A stretch of 64,000 nt of DNA from Gemmatimonadota bacterium. Its GTDB lineage: Bacteria > Gemmatimonadota > Gemmatimonadetes > Gemmatimonadales > GWC2-71-9. Positions 1 through 16,597 of this stretch are shown piece after piece. Where the stretch lies: NCBI GenBank assembly GCA_003221005.1, contig QHTZ01000074.1:14864-78863 (forward strand), in the 5' to 3' direction. Position 1 is the stretch's first letter; each line of letters starts with the position of its first letter. The notes under the pieces were generated by a model that saw only the letters and a list, made by a program, of their open reading frames with translations, searched no databases and had not been told where the DNA came from. Position numbers and translations under genes: made by a program.

Positions 1-30
1 GGCCGCAATCTTTCCCTGGAGACCATTCGG

Positions 31-147
31 TTGAAGGTTCGCTCGAGCGTGAAGCCGATCTGCGAGCACTGCAAGGTGATCAAGCGCCGGGGCGTGATCC
101 GCGTCATCTGCAAGCGGAATCCCAAGCACCGGCAGCGGCAAGGGTAG
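31..147 (+). CDS. rpmJ: 50S ribosomal protein L36 (zinc-ribbon type), TTG start
   Basis: Manual translation [38 protein letters not shown]; lies directly upstream of rpsM; absent from the ORF track because it is short. Confidence 0.96.
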   Translation: MKVRSSVKPICEHCKVIKRRGVIRVICKRNPKHRQRQG

Positions 148-150
148 GGG

Positions 151-534
151 ATGGCACGTATTGCGGGTGTGGACCTGCCGCGCGAAAAGAAAATCCTGTA
201 CGCCCTTCCGTACATCTACGGCATCGGCCCGAGTAACGCCCGCAAGATCCTCGCGGAGACGGGGGTCAACGCGGACGCGCGGGTACGCGATCTGCGCGAC
301 GCCGAAGTGGCCCGGTTGCGGCAGGTGATCGAGCGGGACTACAAGGTCGAGGGCGCGCTGCGCACCGAGGTCGCGATGAACATCAAGCGGTTGATGGACA
401 TCGGGACGTATCGTGGCTCGCGCCACCGCAAGAACCTCCCGGTGCGCGGCCAGCGCACGCATACCAACGCGCGCACCAAGAAGGGACCGCGGCGCGCGAT
501 CGCGGGCAAGAAGAAGCCCCTGCTCAAAAAGTAA
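151..534 (+). CDS. rpsM: 30S ribosomal protein S13
   Basis: [10 protein letters not shown]...YIYGIG...[14 protein letters not shown]. Confidence 0.98.
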   Translation: MARIAGVDLPREKKILYALPYIYGIGPSNARKILAETGVNADARVRDLRDAEVARLRQVIERDYKVEGALRTEVAMNIKRLMDIGTYRGSRHRKNLPVRGQRTHTNARTKKGPRRAIAGKKKPLLKK

Positions 535-927
535 ATGGCCCAAGCGAAGCCGGCGGGCGCCAAGCGCGCCAAGAAGGTGGTCGAGGCGGAGGGGATCGCC
601 CACATCACCGCGACGTTCAACAACACGCTGATCACGATCACCGACATGCAGGGGAACGCCGTGACCTGGGGCTCCGCGGGCAAGGCCGGGTTCCAGGGCT
701 CGAAGAAGTCCACGCCGTTCGCAGCTACGGTGGCCGCCGAGCAGGCGGCGCGCGAAGCGATCAACCTTGGCGTGCGCCGGGTCCATGTGCGCGTGCAAGG
801 GCCGGGCTCAGGGCGCGAGTCGGCGATTCAAGCCCTCGCGACGGCCGGCCTCCAGATCCGGTCGATCCGCGACGTGACCCCGATCCCCCACAACGGCTGC
901 CGGCCGCCCAAGAAGCGGCGGGTCTAG
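535..927 (+). CDS. rpsK: 30S ribosomal protein S11
   Basis: [32 protein letters not shown]. Confidence 0.98.
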   Translation: MAQAKPAGAKRAKKVVEAEGIAHITATFNNTLITITDMQGNAVTWGSAGKAGFQGSKKSTPFAATVAAEQAAREAINLGVRRVHVRVQGPGSGRESAIQALATAGLQIRSIRDVTPIPHNGCRPPKKRRV

Positions 928-930
928 GCG

Positions 931-1566
931 ATGGCGCGCTACACCGGTCCGGCGTGCAAGCTGTGCCGTCGTGAAGGGACGAAGCTGTTCCTCAAGGGGA
1001 CGCGGTGCCTGACGGAGAAGTGCGCGGTCGAGCGGCGCGCCTACGCGCCCGGCCAGCATGGCCAGTCCGCCGGACGCCGGCGCAAGGCCTCGGAATACGC
1101 AAAGCAGTTGCGCGAGAAGCAGAAGGTGAAGCGCATCTACGGGCTGTCGGAGCGCCAGTTCCGGAACATCTTCGATCGCGTGCTCAAAGAGCCCGGCGTG
1201 ACCGGCGAGGCGCTGCTCGTGGCGCTCGAAAGTCGGCTGGACAACCTGGTGTACCGCATGGGCTTCGCGGTGTCGCGCCGGCAGGCGCGCCAGCTCGTGC
1301 GGCACCGTCACATCTCCGTGAACGGGCGCACGGTGGACATCCCGTCGTACCGGGTCCGCCCTGGCGATGAGGTGAAGGTGGCGGACGCGAGCCGCGAGCT
1401 GACGCAGGTGCGTGCCGCGCTCGAGCAGTTCGGCCGGACCCAGCCGGTCACGTGGATTCAGGTGGATACCGAGAAGGCGCTCGGTCGGATGACCGAGCGG
1501 CCGAGCCGCGACGCGATTCCGATCGCGGCGCAAGAACAGTTAATCGTCGAGCTCTATTCCAAGTGA
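931..1566 (+). CDS. rpsD: 30S ribosomal protein S4
   Basis: MARYTGPACKLCRREG, LESRLDNLVYRMGF, IVELYSK. Confidence 0.98.
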   Translation: MARYTGPACKLCRREGTKLFLKGTRCLTEKCAVERRAYAPGQHGQSAGRRRKASEYAKQLREKQKVKRIYGLSERQFRNIFDRVLKEPGVTGEALLVALESRLDNLVYRMGFAVSRRQARQLVRHRHISVNGRTVDIPSYRVRPGDEVKVADASRELTQVRAALEQFGRTQPVTWIQVDTEKALGRMTERPSRDAIPIAAQEQLIVELYSK

Positions 1567-2624
1567 TGACGACTCTCGATTTTACGGGGCTGGTGCATCC
1601 GCATCTGGTCGAAATGACCAAGCGGGAAGACAACCCGAACGCCGCCGAGTTTCGGCTCCAGCCGTTGGAGCGCGGCTACGGCTATACGCTCGGGAATTCG
1701 CTGCGCCGCATGCTGCTCTCTTCGCTGCGCGGCGCGGCCGTGTGGGCGTTCCGGCTGGACGGCGTGGTGCACGAGCACCAGACGATCCCGGGCGTCGTCG
1801 AAGACGTCCACCAGATCATCCAGCGTCTCAAGCAGCTCACCCTCGTGCTCGCGCCCGACGCCGATGAAGCCGTGCTCCACGTCAAACGGGAGAAGGCGGG
1901 TCCGGTGCACGCGCGGGATATCGAGGCGCACGGCGCCGTGACTGTCGTCAGCCCGGACCTGCTGCTGTTCACGCTGCAGGACGACCGCGAGATCTCGGGC
2001 GAGCTGTACGTCAACAAGGGCCGCGGGTACGTCGAGGCCGAGCAGCATCCGCTCGACCGCACGATGCCGGTGGACGTGGTCCGCATCGATTCGATCTACA
2101 ACCCGGTGCGGCGGGCGAACTTCACCGTCGCCGAGACGCGCGTGGGACAGCGCACCGACTACGACCGGTTGACGCTCACGGTCGAGGCCAACGGGACGAT
2201 CTCGCCCGAGGACGCGGTCGCGTATGCCGCGGCCCTGGCGCAGGAGCATTTCCGCTTCTTCGTGGACTTCGGGAAGGTGCCCATGGTAGCCGCCGCGCCG
2301 GCGGGGAACGGCGGCGCCGCGGCGAACCAGCTGAAGGAAGCGCTCGGCCGTAGCATCGACGACGTGGGCCTCTCGGTCCGGTCGGTGAACTCGCTCAAGA
2401 ACTCGAACATCCGCACGCTCGCGGACCTGGTGCAGTACCGCGAGGAGGACCTGCTGAAGGTGAAGAACGTGGGGGAGAAGGCGCTGGGCGAGATCGCGGA
2501 GCTGCTGCGACGCGAGGGACTGAACTTCGGCATGAAGCTCGAAGAGGTGGAGGGCGAGCTGCGGGTGGTGGATCCCGGGACGCCGCCCCAGGCGCAGCCG
2601 ACCGAGGGCGAAGAGGAGGAGTAG
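1566..2624 (+). CDS. rpoA: RNA polymerase alpha subunit
   Basis: PLERGYGYTLGNSLRR, VGQRTDYDRL, alpha-CTD LSVRSVNSLK; ATG at 1566 overlaps the rpsD stop (TGATG). Confidence 0.97.
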   Translation: MTTLDFTGLVHPHLVEMTKREDNPNAAEFRLQPLERGYGYTLGNSLRRMLLSSLRGAAVWAFRLDGVVHEHQTIPGVVEDVHQIIQRLKQLTLVLAPDADEAVLHVKREKAGPVHARDIEAHGAVTVVSPDLLLFTLQDDREISGELYVNKGRGYVEAEQHPLDRTMPVDVVRIDSIYNPVRRANFTVAETRVGQRTDYDRLTLTVEANGTISPEDAVAYAAALAQEHFRFFVDFGKVPMVAAAPAGNGGAAANQLKEALGRSIDDVGLSVRSVNSLKNSNIRTLADLVQYREEDLLKVKNVGEKALGEIAELLRREGLNFGMKLEEVEGELRVVDPGTPPQAQPTEGEEEE

Positions 2625-2980
2625 TGCGCCACCGCGCGAAGAGCCGCCAGCTGTCGCGCACCGCGAGCCACCGCAAGGCGCTGCTCGCGAACCTCGCCAC
2701 CAGTCTGTTCCAGCATGACCGGATCGTCACGACCGAGGCGAAGGCAAAGGAGCTCCGGCCCTACGCCGAGCGACTGATCACCCTGGCGCGCCGCGGCGGG
2801 CTGCACGCGCGCCGCCTGGTGGAGTCGCGCCTCAAGGACCGGGACGTCACTCAGCGGTTGTTCAAAGACGTGGGGCCCCGCTTCGCGAAGCGTCCGGGAG
2901 GTTACACGCGGATCATCAAGCTGGGCCACCGGGCCGGAGACGGCGCGGAGATCGCCCGGATCGAACTGTTGAGTGAGTAA
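2624..2980 (+). CDS. rplQ: 50S ribosomal protein L17
   Basis: MRHR...LSRTASHRKAL, TTEAKAKELR, RPGGYTRIIK. Confidence 0.98.
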   Translation: MRHRAKSRQLSRTASHRKALLANLATSLFQHDRIVTTEAKAKELRPYAERLITLARRGGLHARRLVESRLKDRDVTQRLFKDVGPRFAKRPGGYTRIIKLGHRAGDGAEIARIELLSE

Positions 2981-3004
2981 CGGAGCGGCGGGGTACGCCA
3001 CCGG

Positions 3005-3033
3005 GAGGGGGACCCTGACGGGTCCCCTTCTTC
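3005..3033. terminator. GC-rich hairpin between convergent rplQ and rpmB, probable terminator
   Basis: GAGGGGGACCC-tgac-GGGTCCCCTTC stem followed by TTCATTT. Confidence 0.7.
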
Positions 3034-3035
3034 AT

Positions 3036-3227
3036 TTACGAGGCCTTCGCGACCCGATTCGACTTGAGGCAGCGGGTGCAGACACGCAGCCGCCGCGTCA
3101 CGCCTCCCACCTGGGCCCGCACCCGCTGCAGGTTGGGGTACCAGCGCCGGTTGGTCTTGTTGTTCGCGTGGCTGATGTTGTGGCCCGTGATCGGGCCCTT
3201 GCCGCAAATGTCACACACTCGAGCCAT
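3036..3227 (-). CDS. rpmB: 50S ribosomal protein L28
   Basis: [39 protein letters not shown]. Confidence 0.97.
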   Translation of the reverse strand: MARVCDICGKGPITGHNISHANNKTNRRWYPNLQRVRAQVGGVTRRLRVCTRCLKSNRVAKAS

Positions 3228-3229
3228 AA

Positions 3230-8404
<5,175 letters not shown>

Positions 8405-9339
8405 CCAAGCCGGCGGGCAAGCCGGCCCCGAAGCCGGGGCCGCCGCCCGCTCCGCCCCCGCCCAAGCTCAAGTTCCGGGGGAAGCTGCTCGAGAACGAGC
8501 TGCTCAGCCGCTCCACCACGTACCGTATCGGCGGGCCGGCGCGCTACTTGTTGAACCCCGCGGAAGTCGAGGACGTGGAGAAGGCCCTGCAGTTCGCCCA
8601 GGAGAAGGGCGTGCCGTGGCTCGTCCTCGGCCTGGGCTCGAACGTCCTCGTGAAGGACGGCGGCTTCCCCGGCCTCGTGATCCGCTTGGGGAAGGGCCTG
8701 GACAAGTTCGAGATGAAGGGCGCCACCGCGATCGTCGGCGCCGGCATGCCGACGCCGCTGCTCGCGCGACGCACCGCGGACGCGGGCTTCGCCGGGGTGG
8801 AGCGGTTCATCGGGATTCCGGGGACCGTGGGCGGCGGGGTGTACATGAACGCCGGCGCCCACGGCGCCGAGTTTGCCGAGGTCGTCACCGAAGTCACGGT
8901 GATGGACCCCAAGGGCAAGCTCAAGCAGCTCACCCGCAAGCAGATCCCCTTCAAGTACCGCGCGAGTGGGCTCGGTCAGGTGATCGTGCTCGAAGCGAAA
9001 CTGGGTTTGGGCGAGGAGGCGCCCGCCAAGCTCAAGGAAGTGCAGGGGCGGCTGTTCCGGTGGCGCAAGGCCGGCACGCCGTTCGATCAGCCGTGCTGCG
9101 GCTCGGTGTTCAAGAATCCGGGAGGGCCGAAGACTGCCGGGATGCTGATCGAGGAGGCGGGGCTCAAGGGCTTCCGCATCGGCGGCGCGCACGTCTCGAT
9201 CCTGCACGCTAACTACATCGTCAACACGGGGAACGCGACCGCGGCCGACGTCCTCAAAGTGATTGATCACGTCCGCAAGACCGTCGCCAAGAAGCTGCGG
9301 GTCGAGCTCGAGCTCGAAGTGAAGGTCATCGGCGTCTGA

Positions 9340-9930
9340 ATGGGTGATTACTTCGTGCACGAGTCGAGCTACGTCGACGAGGGCGCGCGCATCGGCAAGG
9401 GCACCAAGATCTGGCACTTCTGCCACATCATGCCGGGGGCCGTGATCGGCGCGCGCTGCAATCTCGGCCAGAACGTCGTCGTGATGCCGGGGACGCGCCT
9501 CGGCGACAACGTCAAGGTGCAGAACAACGTCTCGATCTACGAAGGTGTGGAGCTCGAGGACGACGTGTTTTGCGGCCCCTCGTGCGTGTTCACCAACGTG
9601 GTTAACCCCCGCAGCCACGTGTCGCGCAAGCATCAGTATCAGCGGACGCAAGTCAAGCGCGGCGCCTCCATCGGAGCGAACGCCACCATCCTGTGCGGCC
9701 TGACGCTCGGCGAATACGCGTTCATCGGCGCGGGCGCCGTCGTCACGTCCGACGTCCCCGCATTTGCTCTGATGGTCGGCGTGCCGGCCCGGCGCGTCGG
9801 GTGGATGTGCCAGTGCGGGGAGCGGCTGATACTCTCCGGGGGCAAGGCCGCGTGCGCCGCCTGCGGCGCGACGTACCAGGAATCGGAGGGGTTGCTGCGC
9901 GCGATTGCCCCGCCCAAGAGCGCCAGGTAA
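9340..9930 (+). CDS. Hexapeptide-repeat N-acetyltransferase, WbpD-like
   Basis: [37 protein letters not shown] and a C-terminal Cys motif. Confidence 0.88.
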   Translation: MGDYFVHESSYVDEGARIGKGTKIWHFCHIMPGAVIGARCNLGQNVVVMPGTRLGDNVKVQNNVSIYEGVELEDDVFCGPSCVFTNVVNPRSHVSRKHQYQRTQVKRGASIGANATILCGLTLGEYAFIGAGAVVTSDVPAFALMVGVPARRVGWMCQCGERLILSGGKAACAACGATYQESEGLLRAIAPPKSAR

Positions 9931-9960
9931 ATTGTTGCGCCCTTTGCGGATACCGATCAC

Positions 9961-11082
9961 GTGAACGTGCCGCTCCTCGACCTCGTCGCGCAGTACCGCG
10001 CCATCAAGCACGAGGTTCTCCCCGCACTCCAGGCGGTCGTCGAGTCACAGCAGTTCATCATGGGTCCCGCCGTGGCGCAGCTCGAGGCGGCGGTGGCACA
10101 GCTGTCGCACGCCCGGCACGGCATCGCGTGCGCCAGCGGCACCGACGCGCTGCTCCTGCCGCTCAAGGCGCTCGACCTCCGGCCCGGGGACGAGGTGATC
10201 ACCACCCCGTTCACGTTCTTTGCGACCGCGGGGGCCATTCACAACGCCGGCGGTGCGCCCGTGTTCGTGGAGATCGAGCCCGACACGCTCAACCTCGACC
10301 CCCGAGCCGTGGAGGCAGCGGTGACGCCGCGCACCCGCGCGATCCTGCCGGTCCACCTGTACGGCCAGATGGCGGCGCTGGAGCGTCTCATAGCTATCGC
10401 GAATCGGGGGGGACGCGGCATCAGGGTGATCGAGGATGCCGCGCAGGCGATTGGCGCGCGGCGCTCGATCGACGGCGAATGGCGCATGGCCGGCGAGCTC
10501 GGCTGGGTGACGGGGTACTCGTTCTTCCCGAGCAAGAACCTCGGCGCCTGGGGCGACGGTGGGATGATCGTCACGTCGGACGACCGCGTGGCCGACCGGT
10601 TGCGGAAGCTGCGGTTGCACGGCGGCGGGAAGCAGTATCATCACGACGAAGTCGGGACGAACTCCCGGCTCGACACGCTCCAGGCCGCGGTGCTGCTCGC
10701 CAAGCTGCCGCACCTCGCCGACTGGTCGGCGCGCCGGCGCGAGCACGCCGCGTATTACTCCGCCGCGCTGGCCGGCGTGCCACAAGTCAAGCCTCCCGTC
10801 GTCGCGCCCGGCAACGAACACATCTTTCACCAGTACACGCTCCGCGTCGAGCGGCGCGACGAGCTGCAGGCGCACCTCAAGGCCAAGGGAATCGGCTGCG
10901 CGGTCTACTATCCCGTGCCGCTGCACCTCCAGGAGTGCTTTCGCCACCTTAGGTACCAGCAGGGTCGCTTCCCCGAATCCGAGCGCGCAGCGCTCGAGGT
11001 TATCTCGCTCCCGGTGTACCCCGAGTTGAGTCGCGAGCAGCTCGACTACGTCCTCGATGCGATCCGCGGGTTCTATCGGTGA
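9961..11082 (+). CDS. DegT/DnrJ/EryC1/StrS PLP-dependent sugar aminotransferase, WbpE-like
   Basis: SGTDAL, IEDAAQAIG, SFFPSKNLGAWGDGG, NSRLDTLQAA. Confidence 0.9.
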   Translation: MNVPLLDLVAQYRAIKHEVLPALQAVVESQQFIMGPAVAQLEAAVAQLSHARHGIACASGTDALLLPLKALDLRPGDEVITTPFTFFATAGAIHNAGGAPVFVEIEPDTLNLDPRAVEAAVTPRTRAILPVHLYGQMAALERLIAIANRGGRGIRVIEDAAQAIGARRSIDGEWRMAGELGWVTGYSFFPSKNLGAWGDGGMIVTSDDRVADRLRKLRLHGGGKQYHHDEVGTNSRLDTLQAAVLLAKLPHLADWSARRREHAAYYSAALAGVPQVKPPVVAPGNEHIFHQYTLRVERRDELQAHLKAKGIGCAVYYPVPLHLQECFRHLRYQQGRFPESERAALEVISLPVYPELSREQLDYVLDAIRGFYR

Positions 11083-12083
11083 GCCGCCTGCGGCTGGGCG
11101 TCATCGGCGCAGGTGCCTGGGGGAAGAACCACGTCCGCACCGCCGCGGCCACGCCGGAGGCTGAGCTCGCAGCCGTGTGCGATTCGGATCCCAAGGTGCG
11201 GGAGCGCGTCGCGCGCCAGCATCCGAGCGCGCACGTCACCGGCGATCCGGTCGAGCTGGTGGAATGCGCGGACGCGGTGATCATCGCCTCGCCGGCCGCC
11301 ACACACGCCCGGTTCGCACGGCAGTGCATCGACGCGGGCAAGCCCTGCCTGGTCGAGAAGCCGTTCGCCCTGAGCGTGCGCGACGCGGAAGGTGTGGCGC
11401 GTGCGGCGGCTGAGCGAGGCGTCCCCGTGATGGCCGGGCACCTGCTGCTGTTTCACCCGGCCGTCGAGCGGCTGCGCGCCCTGGTTCAAGGCGGCGAGCT
11501 CGGCAAGGTCTATTATCTGTACGGGCTGCGCGTCAACTTGGGGCAGGTGCGGGCCGACGAGAACGCGCTCTGGAGCTTCGGTCCCCACGACGTGTCGGTG
11601 GCACTCTACTTGCTCGGTGAGGTCCCGACACGCGTCGCGGCCCAGGGGCGGAGTTACCTCCAACCAAAAGTGGAAGACGTAGTGTTCCTTACGATGGAAT
11701 TCGCGAGCGGTGTACTCGCGCACGTGCAGCTGTCGTGGCTGGACCCGCACAAAGAGCGGAAGCTCACCGTCGTGGGCGCGAAGAAGATGGCGGTGTTCGA
11801 CGACATGGAGGCACGGGAGAAGCTGCGCATCTACGACAAAGGGGTGGACCGTCCACCGGAGTACGGCTCGTACGGCGAAAGCCTCGCCGTCCGCGAGGGG
11901 GACATCTTCATTCCGAAGATCCCCAACGTGGAGCCGCTTGCGGCCGAACTTGCGCACTTCGTGCGGGTCGCGCGGGGGACGGAGCCCCCCCGCGCCGGTC
12001 CCGAGGACGGCGTGCGAGTCGTCCAAGTGCTCGACGGAGCCAGCCGCTCGCTCGCCGCGGGCGGCGCGCCGGTGGCCTTGTGA
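11079..12083 (+). CDS. Gfo/Idh/MocA oxidoreductase (WbpB/GnnA-like)
   Basis: GVIGAGAWG, LVEKPF, WSFGPHD, SWLDPHKERK. Confidence 0.85.
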   Translation: MSRLRLGVIGAGAWGKNHVRTAAATPEAELAAVCDSDPKVRERVARQHPSAHVTGDPVELVECADAVIIASPAATHARFARQCIDAGKPCLVEKPFALSVRDAEGVARAAAERGVPVMAGHLLLFHPAVERLRALVQGGELGKVYYLYGLRVNLGQVRADENALWSFGPHDVSVALYLLGEVPTRVAAQGRSYLQPKVEDVVFLTMEFASGVLAHVQLSWLDPHKERKLTVVGAKKMAVFDDMEAREKLRIYDKGVDRPPEYGSYGESLAVREGDIFIPKIPNVEPLAAELAHFVRVARGTEPPRAGPEDGVRVVQVLDGASRSLAAGGAPVAL

Positions 12084-13405
12084 GCCGGCCGCGCACCGCG
12101 GGGACAGCCGCCGACCTGCTCCTCGCTAAAGCGCAGGACCGGTCCGCCCTCATCGGGATCGTCGGCCTCGGGTACGTGGGGCTGCCGCTCGCGATGGAAT
12201 TCGCGCGCGCCGGGTTCCGCGTACTCGGCTTCGACGTGAGCCGGGAGGTCGTGGACGGCTTGAACGCGTGCCGCTCGCACGTGCGCGATGTGCCGAGCGC
12301 CAGGGTCGCGGAGTACGCGCAGGCCGACCGGTTCGCCGTCACCGCCGACCTGGCGCGGCTCAAGGAGCCGGATGTGGTGTCGATCTGTGTGCCGACACCG
12401 CTCTCCAAGACCAAGGATCCCGACGTCAGCTATGTGATCGCTGCGACGAACTCCGTGAAACAGACGCTGCGGCGCGCGCAGCTCGTCGTCCTGGAATCGA
12501 CGACCTATCCGGGCACCACCCGGGAGCTGCTGCTCCCGGCCCTCGAGAGCACCGGGCTCAGAGTGGGCGAGGATTTCTTCCTGGCGTTCTCGCCGGAGCG
12601 CGTGGATCCCGGAAACCCCGAGTGGAACACGCGCAACACGCCGAAGATCGTGGGCGGCATCACCGAGACCTGCCGCCGCGTCACGATGGCCGTGTACGAG
12701 GGGGCGATCGATCGCCTCGTCCCCGTGTCGTCCCCCGAGGCGGCGGAACTAGTGAAGATCCTCGAGAACACGTTCCGCAGTGTGAATATCGGGCTCGTCA
12801 ACGAGATGGCGATCGTGTGTGACAAGCTCGGCGTGGACGTGTGGGAGGTGATCGAGGCGGCCGCGACGAAGCCATTCGGCTTCATGAAGTTCACGCCCGG
12901 CCCCGGAGTAGGGGGGCATTGCATCCCGCTCGACCCGCACTACCTGGCCTGGAAGATGCGGACGCTCAACTACCGCACGCGTTTCATCGAGCTGGCGGGC
13001 GAAATCAACGCCGCGATGCCCGAGTACTGGGTGGCGCGGGTGGTGGACCGCTTGAACGAGCGCGGGAAGCCGGCCCGCCAGAGCGTCGTCCTGGTCATCG
13101 GGGTCGCCTACAAGAAGGACAGCGACGACACGCGTGAGAGTCCGGCGCTCGATGTGATCCGGCTCCTGGCCGAGCGCGGAGCGGTCGTCCGCTACCACGA
13201 CCCGCTCGTGCCGGCACTGCAGGAGGACGGCATCGATCTGCAATCGGTGCCGCTCTCCGCCGAGACGCTCGCGGCTGCCGATTGCGCGATCATCGTGACG
13301 GACCACGGGTCCATCGATTACGCCCTCGTGACCAAGCATGCGCCCGCGGTCGTGGACACGCGGCACGCGCTGGCGCGCGTCCGGGGCGGGAAGGAGGCCA
13401 CGTGA
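12080..13405 (+). CDS. UDP-N-acetyl-D-glucosamine 6-dehydrogenase (WbpA/WecC family)
   Basis: GLGYVGLPLA, ICVPTP, LESTTYPGTT, GPGVGGHCIPLDP; GTGA overlap start. Confidence 0.9.
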   Translation: MSRPRTAGTAADLLLAKAQDRSALIGIVGLGYVGLPLAMEFARAGFRVLGFDVSREVVDGLNACRSHVRDVPSARVAEYAQADRFAVTADLARLKEPDVVSICVPTPLSKTKDPDVSYVIAATNSVKQTLRRAQLVVLESTTYPGTTRELLLPALESTGLRVGEDFFLAFSPERVDPGNPEWNTRNTPKIVGGITETCRRVTMAVYEGAIDRLVPVSSPEAAELVKILENTFRSVNIGLVNEMAIVCDKLGVDVWEVIEAAATKPFGFMKFTPGPGVGGHCIPLDPHYLAWKMRTLNYRTRFIELAGEINAAMPEYWVARVVDRLNERGKPARQSVVLVIGVAYKKDSDDTRESPALDVIRLLAERGAVVRYHDPLVPALQEDGIDLQSVPLSAETLAAADCAIIVTDHGSIDYALVTKHAPAVVDTRHALARVRGGKEAT

Positions 13406-14721
13406 AGGTCGCCGTCATCGGGACGGGCTACGTCGGGCTCGTCGTGGGCGCGTGCCTTGCGGAGGCGGGGAACGACGTCGTTGGCGCAGACGTGGACGAG
13501 GCCAAGATCGCGGGTCTGCGGGCCAACCGGCTCCCGATCTACGAGCCGGGCCTCGAGCCGCTGCTGGCCCGCAACCAGCGCGAGGGCCGCCTCCAGTTCA
13601 CGCCGGACGTGGGCGCTGCGATCGAGCGCTCCGACGTCGTCTTCATCGCCGTGGGGACGCCTCCAGACGAGGACGGCTCGGCCGACCTGAGGCACGTGCT
13701 CGCCGTCGCGCGCACGATCGGCCAGCGCATGAACTGTCCCAAGGTCGTGATCACGAAGAGCACGGTCCCCGTCGGTACGGCCGAGCGCGTGCGGGCCGAG
13801 ATCGCCGCACACACGCAGCTGCCGTTCCACGTGTGCTCCAACCCCGAATTTCTAAAGGAAGGGGCGGCGATCGAGGATTTCATGAAGCCGGACCGAGTCG
13901 TCGTGGGCGTGGATTCGCCCGAGGCGGCGCGTGTGCTCGAGGAGCTGTACGCGCCGTTCGTGCGCACCGGAAATCCGCTGATCTTCATGGACATCGCGTC
14001 CGCCGAGATGACCAAGTACGCGGCCAACGCGATGCTCGCCACCCGCATCTCGTTCATGAACCAGATCGCGCGGCTGTGCGAGGCGGTCGGAGCCGACGTG
14101 ACACTGGTGCGGCGGGGCATCGGGACCGATCGCCGCATCGGGTCCGCGTTTCTGTTCCCCGGCCCGGGCTACGGCGGGTCCTGCTTCCCGAAGGACGTGA
14201 AAGCGCTGATCCGGACCGGTGAGGAGCGCGGGGTGCCGCTCGACGTGATCGCGGCGGTGGATGCGGCGAACGAGCGCCAGAAGCGGATGTTGTTCGAGAA
14301 GCTCGCGCGCCACTTCGCCGGCGGGCTGCGCGACGTGGCCGTCGCCGTGTGGGGGCTCGCCTTCAAGGCCGAGACGGACGACGTTCGCGAGAGCCCCGCG
14401 CTGGTGCTGGTGGAGGCGCTGCTCCGGGCGGGCGCGACCGTCCGAGTGCACGACCCGGCGGCGCAAGAGACGGCGCGGCGGCTCCTGGGAGAGCGGGTCA
14501 GCTACGCGCCACACGCGTATGCGGCGCTGGAGGGCGCCGCCGCGCTCGCGATCGTCACCGAGTGGCTCGAGTACCGCAACCCGGACTTCGAGCGCATCAA
14601 GCGACTGCTCGCCCGCCCCCTGATTGTGGACGGCCGCAATCTGTACGCCCCTGAGCGCCTCGCGCGGCTCGGCTTCACGTACGATAGCATCGGCCGCCGC
14701 CTGACATGCGCGCCCTCGTAA
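13402..14721 (+). CDS. ugd: UDP-glucose 6-dehydrogenase
   Basis: [34 protein letters not shown]; AGGAGG SD before GTG at 13402. Confidence 0.92.
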   Translation: MKVAVIGTGYVGLVVGACLAEAGNDVVGADVDEAKIAGLRANRLPIYEPGLEPLLARNQREGRLQFTPDVGAAIERSDVVFIAVGTPPDEDGSADLRHVLAVARTIGQRMNCPKVVITKSTVPVGTAERVRAEIAAHTQLPFHVCSNPEFLKEGAAIEDFMKPDRVVVGVDSPEAARVLEELYAPFVRTGNPLIFMDIASAEMTKYAANAMLATRISFMNQIARLCEAVGADVTLVRRGIGTDRRIGSAFLFPGPGYGGSCFPKDVKALIRTGEERGVPLDVIAAVDAANERQKRMLFEKLARHFAGGLRDVAVAVWGLAFKAETDDVRESPALVLVEALLRAGATVRVHDPAAQETARRLLGERVSYAPHAYAALEGAAALAIVTEWLEYRNPDFERIKRLLARPLIVDGRNLYAPERLARLGFTYDSIGRRLTCAPS

Positions 14722-15638
14722 CGGGGGCGGCGGGGTTTCTCGGCTCGCACCTGTGCGACCGGCTCCTCGCCCAGGGGTATCGGGTGGTCGGGATGGACAA
14801 CTACCTGACGGGCAACGCCGCGAACCTCGCGCACCTGCGGAGCAGCCCGAACTTCCAGTTCCTGCTCCATGACGTGACGAATTTCATCGAGGTGCAGGGC
14901 CCGCTCGACGGCGTGCTGCACTTCGCCAGCCCCGCGAGCCCGGTCGACTACCTGGAATTCCCGATCCAGACGCTCAAAGTCGGCTCGCTCGGCACGCACA
15001 AGGCGCTCGGCCTCTCGAAGGCGAAGACGGCGCGTTTTCTGCTCGCCTCCACGTCCGAGGTGTACGGCGATCCGCTGGTGCATCCGCAGCCCGAGAGCTA
15101 TTGGGGGAACGTGAATCCCGTCGGCCCGCGCGGCGTGTACGACGAAGCCAAGCGCTTCGCGGAGGCCATGACGATGGCCTACCACCGCTACCACAAGCTC
15201 GACACCCGAATCGTGCGGATCTTCAATACGTACGGCCCGCGGATGCGCCCGCGGGACGGGCGCGTCGTCTCCAACTTCATCGTCCAGGCGCTCAAGGGCG
15301 AGCCACTCACGGTGTACGGAGACGGCTCCCAGACGCGGTCGTTCTGCTACGTGGACGACTTGATCGAGGGGATCGTGCAGCTGTTCGAGCGCGGCGGACC
15401 GGAGCCGACCAACCTTGGCAACCCCCAGGAGTTCACGGTGCGCCATCTCGCGGAGGTCGTGCTGCGGCTCACGGGGAGCCGCAGCCCGATCGTCGAGCGC
15501 CCCCTCCCCACCGACGATCCCAAAGTGCGCCAGCCCGACATCCGCCGCGCCTGCGAGACGCTTGGCTGGGAGCCGCGGGTGTCGCTCGAGGACGGCCTGC
15601 GCCGTACGATCGAATACTTCCGCGGGATCGTGGGGTGA
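14706..15638 (+). CDS. UDP-glucuronate decarboxylase (UDP-xylose synthase family)
   Basis: [39 protein letters not shown]. Confidence 0.92.
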   Translation: MRALVTGAAGFLGSHLCDRLLAQGYRVVGMDNYLTGNAANLAHLRSSPNFQFLLHDVTNFIEVQGPLDGVLHFASPASPVDYLEFPIQTLKVGSLGTHKALGLSKAKTARFLLASTSEVYGDPLVHPQPESYWGNVNPVGPRGVYDEAKRFAEAMTMAYHRYHKLDTRIVRIFNTYGPRMRPRDGRVVSNFIVQALKGEPLTVYGDGSQTRSFCYVDDLIEGIVQLFERGGPEPTNLGNPQEFTVRHLAEVVLRLTGSRSPIVERPLPTDDPKVRQPDIRRACETLGWEPRVSLEDGLRRTIEYFRGIVG

Positions 15639-16597
15639 GTCCCCGGATCCTCGTCACCGGCGCGGCCGGGTTCATCGGATCCCATGTTTGCGAGGCCCTG
15701 ATCGCGAGGGGGGACGAAGTCGTCGGCCTCGACAACTTCGATCCGTTCTATCCGCGACAGCTGAAGGAGCAGAACATCGCCGCCCTGCGGGGGCGCGCCG
15801 AGTTCCGTCTCGTCGAGGCCGACATCACGCGCGACGCGCTGCCGCTCGCGGGCGTGACTGCGGTGGTGCATCTCGCAGCGAAGGCTGGGGTGCGAGCCTC
15901 TGTGGAAGACCCCGTCGCCTACACTGCCGTGAACGTCACCGGGACGGCCCGCGTGCTCGAGGCGGCGCGGGAGACGGGCGTGCGGCGCATCGTGGTGGGC
16001 TCGTCGTCGTCCGTGTACGGCGACGCTACCCCACGCCCCTTCGCCGAAGACGCTCCAGCCGTCGAGCCCGTGTCGCCCTACGCGGCCAGCAAGCGGGCGG
16101 CGGAGCTGTTGGCGCACGTGTTCGCGCATCTGCACGGGATGCGCATCCTGTGCCTGCGTCTCTTCACCGTGTACGGGCCGCGGCAGCGCCCCGACCTCGC
16201 CATTCACCGCTTCATCGACGCGATCGCGCGCGATCGGCCCGTGCCGATGCACGGCGACGGGTCCAGCGAGCGCGAGTACACCTATATTAGTGACGCCGTG
16301 GATGGCGTCTTGGCCGGACTCGACTGGACTGGTCGCCGCGGCCCCGGATGCGTCGCGATCAACCTCGGGGGCGGCGAGCGGGTGCGGTTGGACCGGCTGA
16401 TCGGTCTGCTCGCCCGCGCGTCGCATCGCGACGCGCGGATCGAGCGGTGCCCCGAGCCGCCGGGCGATGTGCGTCTCACGGCGGCCGATCTGGGGCGTGC
16501 GGAACGTGAGCTCGGCTACCGCCCGCGGGTAGGCATCGAGGAAGGGATCGGACACTTCGTCCGCTGGTACGAGGCGACCCATGGACGTCAGTCCTGA
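15635..16597 (+). CDS. NAD-dependent epimerase (UDP-glucuronate 4-epimerase-like)
   Basis: [44 protein letters not shown]. Confidence 0.85.
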   Translation: MSPRILVTGAAGFIGSHVCEALIARGDEVVGLDNFDPFYPRQLKEQNIAALRGRAEFRLVEADITRDALPLAGVTAVVHLAAKAGVRASVEDPVAYTAVNVTGTARVLEAARETGVRRIVVGSSSSVYGDATPRPFAEDAPAVEPVSPYAASKRAAELLAHVFAHLHGMRILCLRLFTVYGPRQRPDLAIHRFIDAIARDRPVPMHGDGSSEREYTYISDAVDGVLAGLDWTGRRGPGCVAINLGGGERVRLDRLIGLLARASHRDARIERCPEPPGDVRLTAADLGRAERELGYRPRVGIEEGIGHFVRWYEATHGRQS

